Notes under the pieces: model-generated
Seen by the model: the letters and a program-made list of their open reading frames with translations, nothing else
Told to the model about the DNA's origin: nothing
Databases searched by the model: none
Assembly (NCBI GenBank): GCA_002919195.1
Contig: PKEU01000149.1
Location: 8,130-72,129 of the forward strand
Direction: 5' to 3'
Source: a bacterium
GTDB taxonomy: Bacteria; Bacillota; Limnochordia; DTU080; RSA5
Length of the DNA stretch: 64,000 nt
In this document: positions 34,135 to 42,098 of the stretch, piece after piece
Position numbering within the stretch: the first letter of the stretch is position 1
Layout: the number at the start of each line of letters is the position of its first letter
Position numbers and translations under genes: made by a program

Positions 34135-35565
34135 CTATCGGACGGCGACCGGAGCCATCACCGCCTCGCTCATGCCGTGGATGATCTTTTTGTCCAAAGA
34201 CACCGCCGTCGCCAGGATGCCGCCAAGACGCGCCTCGCCGTTGTACACGAAAAAGTAGGGGCACAGGCGGACTCTGGCGGGCATGGATTTGACCTCCCCT
34301 GACGCGAAGTCGAAGTATCGCACCTCAAACCTTCTGCCCTTGTGAAACCTCTGGAGGACGTGGGGCGTCGTCTCAAAAGCCTGGAGCGCCTCGTCAATAC
34401 CCTGCGCCCACTCGTCCTGCGGGAGGTCGTGCCCGATCTTGACGCCCCTGCTCCCCCAAGCCGTTGGACTAAACCCCGACGGCTTGATCACCAGCTCGCG
34501 CTCCCGTTGGGTCGCCCCTTTGAGCTGGTTCCAATCGACCACGGGGAGCCCCCCGACCTCAAGACCAGGAATCTGGGCGTGTGGCGGCAGCGGCCGGGCG
34601 TCCATCACCCAGCTCATCGGAAAGATGCGCCGCAAGAGCTCGTAGGTCTCTCGCCCCAGCTGCTCCAACCAAAAGGAACGGAGCGACCCGTGGTGCAGCA
34701 AGGCCATCCAGAGCTTCTCTTCAAGGTGTGACTTGAGAGGCGGGGTCACCTGGACCAGCTCTTTGCGGATCGCGTACAAGATCAGGTCGATCTTGGGGAT
34801 GTTTTTGAGGTCAAACAGCTCGAAAAAGCGGTAGAGGACGTCGATGCGAGTCGTTTGTCCCTCGACTTCGGCAAAGAGCCCATCTTCGGTGAAGATAAGC
34901 TCCCGGGGGTGCACCGTCACTGCGCGGCGCCCCAGCGCCCGCAGGCGATCGCTCAGCCATTGCATCTCTCCCCGGTACGCATCGGATTCGTCGCTTACGA
35001 CGATCGCCAAGAAGGGGTCGTCGTCGCCCCGGGCCAGCGCGGAGACCGCCTGCCAAAAGCCTTCGACGATTCCGTTCGCGCCTCCCACCAGATCAAATCC
35101 CAACCGAGCATAGGCCTGGGACAGCGCCGCCAAGAGGCCAAAGCCGCCAGGCACCGAGTCGAGCTCCGAGACGATGATGCCGTCGTCGGTAGGAATCACA
35201 TCCGGCCGGATGATCACCGGAAGATCGGTGCGGAAGCGGCGCATTCTTTGATAGTCCAGCACGGTCTCGCTCTTGCCCCGCTCGAGATAATCCCTCACCC
35301 AATCGGGCTGGCTTCCCCTCACGCTCTGCAGGTAGAGCCGGTTGGCCGCTTGGTAAAAGGCGACGAGATGAGGGCCAAGCGCCTCGATTTCTTCGTAGAG
35401 CTCGCGATCAATAAAAAAGGGATCGGGAGAGATGCGAAACGGGGTGTTTTGCTCCCCCTCCAACATCATCCCCCGGTGCAGCTCTGTCCCTTCCAAATCT
35501 TTATTGATGAGCAACGCGCGATCTTTCTCAGTCAATTTGACGCTTTGCGATTGACAGTTAGCCAC
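34135..35565 (-). CDS. ATP-grasp-fold ligase-like protein (C-terminal ATP-grasp; YheC/YheD- or GspS-like) of unknown substrate
   Basis: 476 aa. The C-terminal half has ATP-grasp-like elements (ELVIKPSGFSPTAWGSRGVKIG, VLQRF, RVRLCPYFFVYNGEARLGGI). The N-terminal half is unassigned. Confidence 0.55.
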   Translation of the reverse strand: MANCQSQSVKLTEKDRALLINKDLEGTELHRGMMLEGEQNTPFRISPDPFFIDRELYEEIEALGPHLVAFYQAANRLYLQSVRGSQPDWVRDYLERGKSETVLDYQRMRRFRTDLPVIIRPDVIPTDDGIIVSELDSVPGGFGLLAALSQAYARLGFDLVGGANGIVEGFWQAVSALARGDDDPFLAIVVSDESDAYRGEMQWLSDRLRALGRRAVTVHPRELIFTEDGLFAEVEGQTTRIDVLYRFFELFDLKNIPKIDLILYAIRKELVQVTPPLKSHLEEKLWMALLHHGSLRSFWLEQLGRETYELLRRIFPMSWVMDARPLPPHAQIPGLEVGGLPVVDWNQLKGATQRERELVIKPSGFSPTAWGSRGVKIGHDLPQDEWAQGIDEALQAFETTPHVLQRFHKGRRFEVRYFDFASGEVKSMPARVRLCPYFFVYNGEARLGGILATAVSLDKKIIHGMSEAVMAPVAVR

Positions 35566-35610
35566 GCACTCGCCCCCAAAGTGATCTGTCTCAACCTCTC
35601 CATCTTGACG

Positions 35611-37371
35611 CTACGCTCTCTGTGCCGCGGCAGCCGCATCGACCAAGATTCCCCGAGCCTGGTGCTCGACGAGGCGGGCGTAAAGCCCGTCCTGAGCCAT
35701 GAGCTCGCGGTGGGTGCCTAGCTCGACGATACGGCCGCCATCGAGGCACACGATCCGGTCGACCGACCGGATGGTGCTCAACCGGTGCGCGATGACAAAC
35801 GTCGTCTTATCCTTCATCAACCTCTCCAAAGCCTCTTGGATCTGCATCTCGGTCACCGTATCGACCGAGGAAGTCGCTTCATCGAGAATCAAGATCCTTG
35901 CCTGCTTTAGGAGGGCCCGGGCGATGGAGATGCGCTGCTTTTGCCCGACGGAGAGCTTGACGCCCCGCTCACCCACCACGGTGTCAAGACCGGCCGGGGC
36001 CTTGCGGATAAACTCCTCGGCGTTGGCCAGGCGAACGGCCTCCCACAACTCCTCCTCCGTCGCGTCGGGCCTGCCAAAGAGCAGGTTGTCACGGATCGTC
36101 CCGTTAAACAAAAAGGGTTCTTGCGAAACGACGGCGATCTGCGCCCGCAGTTCGGCCAGGGAAAGCTCCCTCACATCGATCCCGTCGATCATCACCCTCC
36201 CGCCCGTCACGTCATAAAATCGGGGAATGAGAGAGACCAGGGTCGTCTTTCCAGCGCCCGTCGGTCCCACCAAAGCGATGGCCTCGCCTGGTTTGACCCG
36301 GAGGTTGATCTCGCGTAGGACGTCCCACCCTTCGGTGTAAGCAAACGAAACGTTGTCAAAAACCACTTCGCCCCTCACGGGACGCGGCAGGCGCTTTGGA
36401 CGGGGAGGATCCTTGATCTCCGGCGGCGTGTCCATGATCTCAAACACCCGCTCGCTCGAGGCTAACGCGTCCTGCCATAGGTTGTTGAGCGCATGCAAGC
36501 GGTTGACGGGCTCATAAAAAAGATTGAGGTAGAGCAAAAACGCAAAGATATCGCCCAAGCTCGCCCGGCCGCCGATGACAGCGGCGCCCCCCGCAAAGAG
36601 AACCAAGAGGCCTCCCAAAGAGCCGAGGAAGTTCATCCCCGGAGAGAAGTAGGCCCAGGTAAACATCACCTTCAATTGGCTCTTGCGATATTCATCGGCC
36701 TTTTCGTAAAAGAGCCTCTCTTGTTGCTTTTCCCGGCCAAAGATTTTTACCTGCATCAATCCGGAAAGAGAATCGTGCAACGCCGCGTTCATCTCGGCCG
36801 CCTTTTCCCGGGAAAGCCTGTAGAGCCGTCGCATCCTGCGGGTGTACCACAGCGCCCCAGCGATCAACAGGGGAATGGGAACCAGGGCCAAGGTAGCGAG
36901 GAACGGGTTGAGGGAAAAGAGGATGCCCGCGACGCCAAACAAGGTGAGCAGGGCCACGATGAGCTGCTCCGTCCCGTCGAGGAGGACCCGTTCCACGTGG
37001 TTGACGTCGTCGACCACCCGCGACATCAGCTCTCCCGTGGCGCGATTCGCGTAAAACCCGAGGGAGAGCTGCTGCATCTTGGCGAATACCTCGTTTCGCA
37101 TGTCGAGGATGACCTGCTGCTCCAGCGTATTGTTGAAACGGATCCGGAGCATGTTGAAAAGGTCCCGCAAGAGGTAAGCCAAGCCGATGGCTGCGACGTA
37201 CAAGCCCAGGAGCCGGATGCTGCCCGAACTGACGGCGGCATCGATGAGCACTTTGACAAAGTACGGGGGTGCCATGGCGGTCAGCGTGGACAAGACGGCA
37301 AAGGCGAGCGTCAGCGCCGCCCGGGCGCGATAGGGCTTAAAGTAGCGTAAAACTCGCCACAGCGGTCTCAT
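35611..37371 (-). CDS. ABC transporter, fused permease/ATP-binding exporter (MsbA-like)
   Basis: 586 aa. 6-TM N-terminal domain. NBD with Walker A GPTGAGKTT, LSVGQKQRISIARAL signature, ILILDEATS Walker B, H-loop. Confidence 0.85.
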   Translation of the reverse strand: MRPLWRVLRYFKPYRARAALTLAFAVLSTLTAMAPPYFVKVLIDAAVSSGSIRLLGLYVAAIGLAYLLRDLFNMLRIRFNNTLEQQVILDMRNEVFAKMQQLSLGFYANRATGELMSRVVDDVNHVERVLLDGTEQLIVALLTLFGVAGILFSLNPFLATLALVPIPLLIAGALWYTRRMRRLYRLSREKAAEMNAALHDSLSGLMQVKIFGREKQQERLFYEKADEYRKSQLKVMFTWAYFSPGMNFLGSLGGLLVLFAGGAAVIGGRASLGDIFAFLLYLNLFYEPVNRLHALNNLWQDALASSERVFEIMDTPPEIKDPPRPKRLPRPVRGEVVFDNVSFAYTEGWDVLREINLRVKPGEAIALVGPTGAGKTTLVSLIPRFYDVTGGRVMIDGIDVRELSLAELRAQIAVVSQEPFLFNGTIRDNLLFGRPDATEEELWEAVRLANAEEFIRKAPAGLDTVVGERGVKLSVGQKQRISIARALLKQARILILDEATSSVDTVTEMQIQEALERLMKDKTTFVIAHRLSTIRSVDRIVCLDGGRIVELGTHRELMAQDGLYARLVEHQARGILVDAAAAAQRA

Positions 37372-37658
37372 ACGCGCGGGGCGGCCTCCCGCTCCAGCGC
37401 CGCCAAGAGGCGGTCGACATCGAGGCCATACTCGGCTAAGAGCTCGCTGTTGAGGCTACAATAAATCCACTGACCGTCCTTTTCCCCTTTGACCAGGCCG
37501 ATATCGCGCAAGACTTTAAGATGATGCGATAACGTGGGTTGCGGGATGTTGAGGAACCTTGCGAGATCGCAGACGCAGTACGTCTCCTTCGCCAGCGCCG
37601 CAAGGATCCTCAGGCGGTTTTCATCCCCCAGGGCTTTGAAGAGTTTCACCACGTCCGT
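37368..37658 (-). CDS. ArsR/SmtB-family metalloregulator
   Basis: 97 aa from GTG 37658 (AAGGA upstream): LGDENRLRILAAL wHTH, CVCDL (alpha-3 metal site), LSHHLKVL recognition helix. 4-nt overlap with the ABC exporter start. Confidence 0.7.
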   Translation of the reverse strand, partial: TDVVKLFKALGDENRLRILAALAKETYCVCDLARFLNIPQPTLSHHLKVLRDIGLVKGEKDGQWIYCSLNSELLAEYGLDVDRLLAALEREAAPRV

Positions 37659-37673
37659 CACGTAGATCAATCC

Positions 37674-37701
37674 TTGTCGATATTTGCATACATCGATACA
37701 C
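37674..37701. promoter_or_regulatory. candidate ArsR operator / AT-rich repeat element in the arsR-ispH divergent region
   Basis: TGTCGATATTTGCATACATCGATACA: repeated TCGATA half-sites and a TGCA-centred imperfect palindrome (ATATTTGCATACAT, 10/14 symmetric), immediately upstream of the ArsR start. Confidence 0.3.
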
Positions 37702-37839
37702 CGATGATAACCGAGGCAGGTTGGTTTGTCAAAATCGACGAGGCGGCGGCCGGAGGGCCGGGGGAGGATTGACCCCCCCGTTCGCCAATAATGGTTAGCG
37801 TATGACCATCGACAAGATTGCCCGAGGGGAGTGTCAACG

Positions 37840-38742
37840 ATGGAAGTGATCAAAATCACGCCCCGGGGCTACTGCTACGGTGTGGTCGATGCAATTCAGA
37901 TGGCAAAACAGGTCGCTCAAGAGCCGGCTTACCCCCGGCCTATCCATATCCTGGGATTGATCGTTCACAACCGCCACGTCGTAGAGAGCCTGGAAAAGGA
38001 GTACGGCATCATCTCGCTCGACGGTCCCGACCGGTTGAGCCTGCTGGATCAAATTACCGAAGGGACCGTCATCTTTACCGCCCACGGCGTCTCGCCCGCC
38101 GTCAAGGCCAAGGCGAAGGAGAAGGGCCTCGTCTGCATCGACGCCACGTGCCCTGACGTGACTCGCACCCACGAGCTCATCCGCGATCTGGCCGGGAAAG
38201 GATACCAGATCATCTACATTGGAAAACGGGGTCACCCCGAGCCCGAAGGGGCGATGGGAGAGGCGCCCGGTCGCGTGCACCTCGTCGAAAACGAGGAAGA
38301 CGTCGATCGCCTGCAGCTTGGCGATGGGCCGGTCGCGGTGACGACCCAGACCACGCTCAGCCAGTGGGACACCGAGGAGCTGATTGAATACATCCGCTCC
38401 CGCTATCCCAACGTCCTGGTCTACAATGAGATCTGCTTTGCCACGCAGGCCCGCCAAGAGGCCGCGGTCACCCAAGCGAAAGACGCGGACTTGGTGCTGG
38501 TGGTAGGCGACGTGCGCAGCAACAACTCCAATCGCTTGGTCCAGGTCGTGCGAGAGCGGGCGGGCCGCCCGGCATACCTCATCGACAGCGTGAACGAGAT
38601 CGACCTTCGCTGGCTGAAGGGAGCCCGCCGGGTCGCGGTGACGTCAGGCTCGTCGACGCCTACGCACCTCACCCGCGAGGTGATCGAGTTTCTCGAGGCG
38701 CTCGATCCCGATCAAGTGGACCTGATGGCCGCTAAGGCGTAA
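37840..38742 (+). CDS. ispH: 4-hydroxy-3-methylbut-2-enyl diphosphate reductase
   Basis: MEVIKITPRGYCYGVVDAI..., with conserved Cys ligands (C at ~14, ~100, ~200) and the HNRHVV motif. GGGGAG SD 9 nt upstream of ATG 37840. Confidence 0.9.
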   Translation: MEVIKITPRGYCYGVVDAIQMAKQVAQEPAYPRPIHILGLIVHNRHVVESLEKEYGIISLDGPDRLSLLDQITEGTVIFTAHGVSPAVKAKAKEKGLVCIDATCPDVTRTHELIRDLAGKGYQIIYIGKRGHPEPEGAMGEAPGRVHLVENEEDVDRLQLGDGPVAVTTQTTLSQWDTEELIEYIRSRYPNVLVYNEICFATQARQEAAVTQAKDADLVLVVGDVRSNNSNRLVQVVRERAGRPAYLIDSVNEIDLRWLKGARRVAVTSGSSTPTHLTREVIEFLEALDPDQVDLMAAKA

Positions 38743-39865
38743 TCTCTTGGAGGCGCCTTTCCACTTGCTCCCACACCTTTTGCATGACCCGGGGCAGCGG
38801 GCGCTCGGCTAGTTCGTCGCGCGAGACCCACTCCGATGCCGGCTGCTCCGGTGCGCGCTCTTCGACGCCTCCAGACCAGGCGCCAAGGTAATACGCGTCG
38901 ATCTCCCACTCGATATGGCTAAAGCGGTGGATGACCCGCCCAGCATAGACCAGGGTGAGCTCGTCCGTTCCGGAAAGCTCTTGGGCTTTCGCCAGCAACG
39001 CTTCCCCCGCTACGTCCGGATCGGTCTCGAGGTTGAGAAACTCCCACATCCCGGCAAGAAGGCCCTCGGGCGGCCTTTTCAACAAGAGAATTTTGCCATC
39101 CCGCTCCACGACCCCGACAGCCCGGCGGGAGCGCTCCACCTTTCCTCTCGGTTTTCGCACCGGCAAGCGGGTGGAGTGCCCGTGGGCATGGGCCCAGCAA
39201 GCCGCTTGCAAGGGACACGCGCCGCATCCGGGACGCTGAGGCGTACAAACCGTAGCGCCTAGCTCCATCAGGGCCTGGTTGAAGTCGCCGGGCCGCTGGC
39301 GCGAGATCGCGCGATCGACGGCTGCTTGGATCTCTCGCTTGACCCGGGCGTCGTCAATGGGCTCCTTGATGCCTAGAAACCGGGCCATCACCCGCAGGAC
39401 GTTGCCGTCGACCACGCCCTTTGCCTCGCCAAAGGCGATACTGGCTACTGCGGCCGCCGTGTAGTCCCCGATCCCCTTTAAACGCCGCAGCTCTGAAAAG
39501 CTCCGGGGAAGGACGCCCCCAAGATCGGAGACGACAGCTTGGGCCAGGGCGTGGAGGCGGCGGGCTCGTTGGTAATAGCCCAATCCTTTCCACGCAGCCA
39601 GCACCTCCTCCTGGTCTGCGGCCGCGAGGGCTTCGAGAGTGGGAAAGCGCTCGAGAAAAGGCTCGTAGTATTCGAGCACCGTCTTGACTTGCGTCTGCTG
39701 CAGCATCACTTCGGAGACCAAGATCCGGTACGGGTCCCGCGTGTGGCGCCAAGGAAGATCGCGTTTTTCCCGGTCGTACCACCTGAGGAGCTCCTCGGCC
39801 GGAAAAGCTTCTACCGCAGGCTGCCGCGCGAGGGAGCCATGCATCATCGCTCGCCCGCTCTCCAA
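38732..39865 (-). CDS. mutY: A/G-specific adenine DNA glycosylase
   Basis: HhH-GPD motif (LKGIGDYTAAAVASIAFG), 4Fe-4S loop CTPQRPGCGACPLQAAC, C-terminal NUDIX-like domain. Confidence 0.8.
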   Translation of the reverse strand: MESGRAMMHGSLARQPAVEAFPAEELLRWYDREKRDLPWRHTRDPYRILVSEVMLQQTQVKTVLEYYEPFLERFPTLEALAAADQEEVLAAWKGLGYYQRARRLHALAQAVVSDLGGVLPRSFSELRRLKGIGDYTAAAVASIAFGEAKGVVDGNVLRVMARFLGIKEPIDDARVKREIQAAVDRAISRQRPGDFNQALMELGATVCTPQRPGCGACPLQAACWAHAHGHSTRLPVRKPRGKVERSRRAVGVVERDGKILLLKRPPEGLLAGMWEFLNLETDPDVAGEALLAKAQELSGTDELTLVYAGRVIHRFSHIEWEIDAYYLGAWSGGVEERAPEQPASEWVSRDELAERPLPRVMQKVWEQVERRLQEITP

Positions 39866-40962
39866 CGCTCTTCGATCCGTTTCAGCCCTGCCCGCACCGC
39901 GATTTCGGTCGCGTCCACCCGGTAAGCCAGGGGCCGTTCCATGCCCATCTCCGTGGTAAAACAGACGGCGCCAATGCTGCTCGCATAGACACCAAAGGCG
40001 TCGGGAGGAAGCCGCCGCTTGGGATTGGCACTGTAGACGCCGGGATAGAGTTCGATGATGGCTTGCTCCGGCAGGTTGAGATAAGGCATCAGTTCCGCTA
40101 GCGGCATGATGGGAAAACCCTTGGCGATCACCGTGTCGATCATCGCACGGTAGACGTCGTCCCCGCGGGAGAGGAAGGCGGAGTTGGTGTACATACCAAA
40201 ACGGTCGCCGAAATTTTCGTGGAGATCAAAGATCCAGTCGGGCCTCTGCTCGAGCGCGAACGATCGGAGCGCCGCCACCTCGACCGGAGGCTTTTCCGCC
40301 GCGAAAAACCGGTTGAAGTTGCCCACGCGACCAGTCTCGTCCACATACACGCTGGGGCCGCCTCCCCAGCCGTACACGCTCCGGCCTTCGGCGTGGGCGG
40401 GTGATCCGGGCACCAGCAGCGTCCGTCCTTTTAACACGTCCACGAGCTCAGGCTGCTCAGGGATGTACGCCTGGATATACTCGCCCGTATCCCGATTGCC
40501 CGGGTGGTCGGGAGCAAAGCTCAAGAAAGCCAAGGGACCGACGATGGCGATCGCCATCCCATTTCGATCCCAAACCACGTCCCCATGCTCCCGGAACAGC
40601 CCGACGGCGTGCTCATGGCCTGCGATCTTGAGCTCCGGCTCGCCGATGATCCTGCCGAGGGTGCGCTCAATTCCGTCCCAGCCCAGGGGATCCCGGCAGG
40701 GTACAAAGAGCATCCTTCCAGGAAAGCCCGGGCGCTCCGCGATGCGCCATGCGGCGATGACCCCGGCGGCCTCCTCGGCGTGAGCCCCTGCGGCGATCAA
40801 CACCGGAGGGCGCTCGGGAAACTCAGTCTCGTCTTTCGAAAACGCGACGATCGGGGTGTCGAGGTGGGTGGTTGCCAGTTCAACCTTGCGCAAGCCTAGG
40901 CGCTCGTACGCTTCGATGAGCCGGTCGTAACGGGTATACGGATGCTGCTCGTGAAAAGACAA
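39844..40962 (-). CDS. M14/AstE-AspA-like zinc hydrolase family hypothetical protein
   Basis: 372 aa; His/Glu-containing segments (AAGAHAEE, DLHE) reminiscent of the succinylglutamate desuccinylase/M14 fold. Weak call. Confidence 0.45.
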   Translation of the reverse strand: MSFHEQHPYTRYDRLIEAYERLGLRKVELATTHLDTPIVAFSKDETEFPERPPVLIAAGAHAEEAAGVIAAWRIAERPGFPGRMLFVPCRDPLGWDGIERTLGRIIGEPELKIAGHEHAVGLFREHGDVVWDRNGMAIAIVGPLAFLSFAPDHPGNRDTGEYIQAYIPEQPELVDVLKGRTLLVPGSPAHAEGRSVYGWGGGPSVYVDETGRVGNFNRFFAAEKPPVEVAALRSFALEQRPDWIFDLHENFGDRFGMYTNSAFLSRGDDVYRAMIDTVIAKGFPIMPLAELMPYLNLPEQAIIELYPGVYSANPKRRLPPDAFGVYASSIGAVCFTTEMGMERPLAYRVDATEIAVRAGLKRIEERWRAGER

Positions 40963-41001
40963 GGATCCTCGCTCCTAAAACCGGGCGGTCAAATGATAAC
41001 T

Positions 41002-42087
41002 TTAGGCCAAAAAGGGATTGGACCGCTTTTCCTGGCCCACGGTGGTCAAGGGGCCATGCCCCGGTAAAAGCCAGGTCTCGTCGGGCAGCGACAAGATGGC
41101 GCGGGCGGATCTCAAGAGCCGGTCGTAATATTTGGGGCCCTGGTGCGCTCGTCCCAGCGAGCCTGCAAAGAGGGTGTCTCCCACCGCCGCTGCCCCCTCC
41201 ACCACAAAGGTGAGGCCGTTGGGGGTATGACCCGGGGTGTGGATCACCCGGATCCGGGTCGCCCCGGCGACGAGCTCTTGACTATCGGTCACGGGCACCA
41301 CTCTGGGGTGGGGACACTCGTTGGGATGGGCATACACGGGCACGTTCCAACGAGCGAGCACTCCATCCAGCCCAGCGATATGGTCGGAGTGGCCATGAGT
41401 GATCAGGACGGCGGTCAACCGCCGCCCCAAGCGCTCAAGGGCGCCGTGGATTTCCTCGGGAGAGCCGCCCGGATCGACCAGAAAGGTGTCTTCGTGGTCG
41501 CGCCGGCACAGGAGATACCCGTGGGACCCCATCGGCTGAAACGTGAAGCTTTCGACGACCAGGCCCGGCAACTCCCCTTTTACCTCGGGAAGGTACTCGC
41601 CGGTCGCGATGCGCCAGAGTGCTTCTTTCTCTAGGCCTAGGGTCTCCGCCAGCCGATCGGACTCGTCGCGCTCTGGAGCCCGTTGATAGGACTCAAACTG
41701 GGCCAACACGGAAGGGGAGAGCCCGGTCAACCGGCTGACCGCGTCCAACGCAAGGCCCTTCCCCTCCCTGGCTTTCCGCACGATGTCGCCAAATTCGTCC
41801 TCCAGGCCTGCGGAGCCCCCGCTGATCGCAGGCACGATGACGATTTCGGATCCCGCCTGCACCGCTGTGAGGAGCCCATCACCCCGGGCCACATCCACGC
41901 CGTCAACAAAAAAGGCGACGTGGGGATGTGGGGCGCCCTCCTCGTCGACGAGGAGGGCTCTCATCCCAGGAAACTTCTCATCGAGGCGGGCGATCACCTC
42001 TTTGAGGGTCGACGCCTCGACCTCCACGAGTTCGGCTCCTTGGGTCAGCTCTCGCATCACGCTCGGAATTACGACCTTGACCAACAC
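41002..42087 (-). CDS. three-domain fusion: MoaD/ThiS-like ubiquitin-fold domain (ends ...AISGG) - XRE-type HTH - MBL-fold metallo-hydrolase
   Basis: N-terminus VLVKVVIPSVMRELTQGAELVEVEASTLKEVIARLDEKFPGMRALLVDEEGAPHPHVAFFVDGVDV...EIVIVPAISGG matches the MoaD/ThiS beta-grasp pattern. The linker resembles an XRE-type HTH (KGLALDAVSRLTGLSPSVLAQFESY). The C-terminal THGHSDHIAG...HTPGHTPN is an MBL fold. Start TTG/GTG at 42084-42087 with GGAGGTG SD. Confidence 0.6.
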   Translation of the reverse strand: MLVKVVIPSVMRELTQGAELVEVEASTLKEVIARLDEKFPGMRALLVDEEGAPHPHVAFFVDGVDVARGDGLLTAVQAGSEIVIVPAISGGSAGLEDEFGDIVRKAREGKGLALDAVSRLTGLSPSVLAQFESYQRAPERDESDRLAETLGLEKEALWRIATGEYLPEVKGELPGLVVESFTFQPMGSHGYLLCRRDHEDTFLVDPGGSPEEIHGALERLGRRLTAVLITHGHSDHIAGLDGVLARWNVPVYAHPNECPHPRVVPVTDSQELVAGATRIRVIHTPGHTPNGLTFVVEGAAAVGDTLFAGSLGRAHQGPKYYDRLLRSARAILSLPDETWLLPGHGPLTTVGQEKRSNPFLA

Positions 42088-42098
42088 CGCACCTCCGC

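Noticed and set aside
37769-37800. TTGACC…TAATGG as the ispH promoter
   Set aside because: Spacer of only 14-15 nt and a poor -10. Left unannotated as a promoter, although the divergent arsR/ispH region must contain one.
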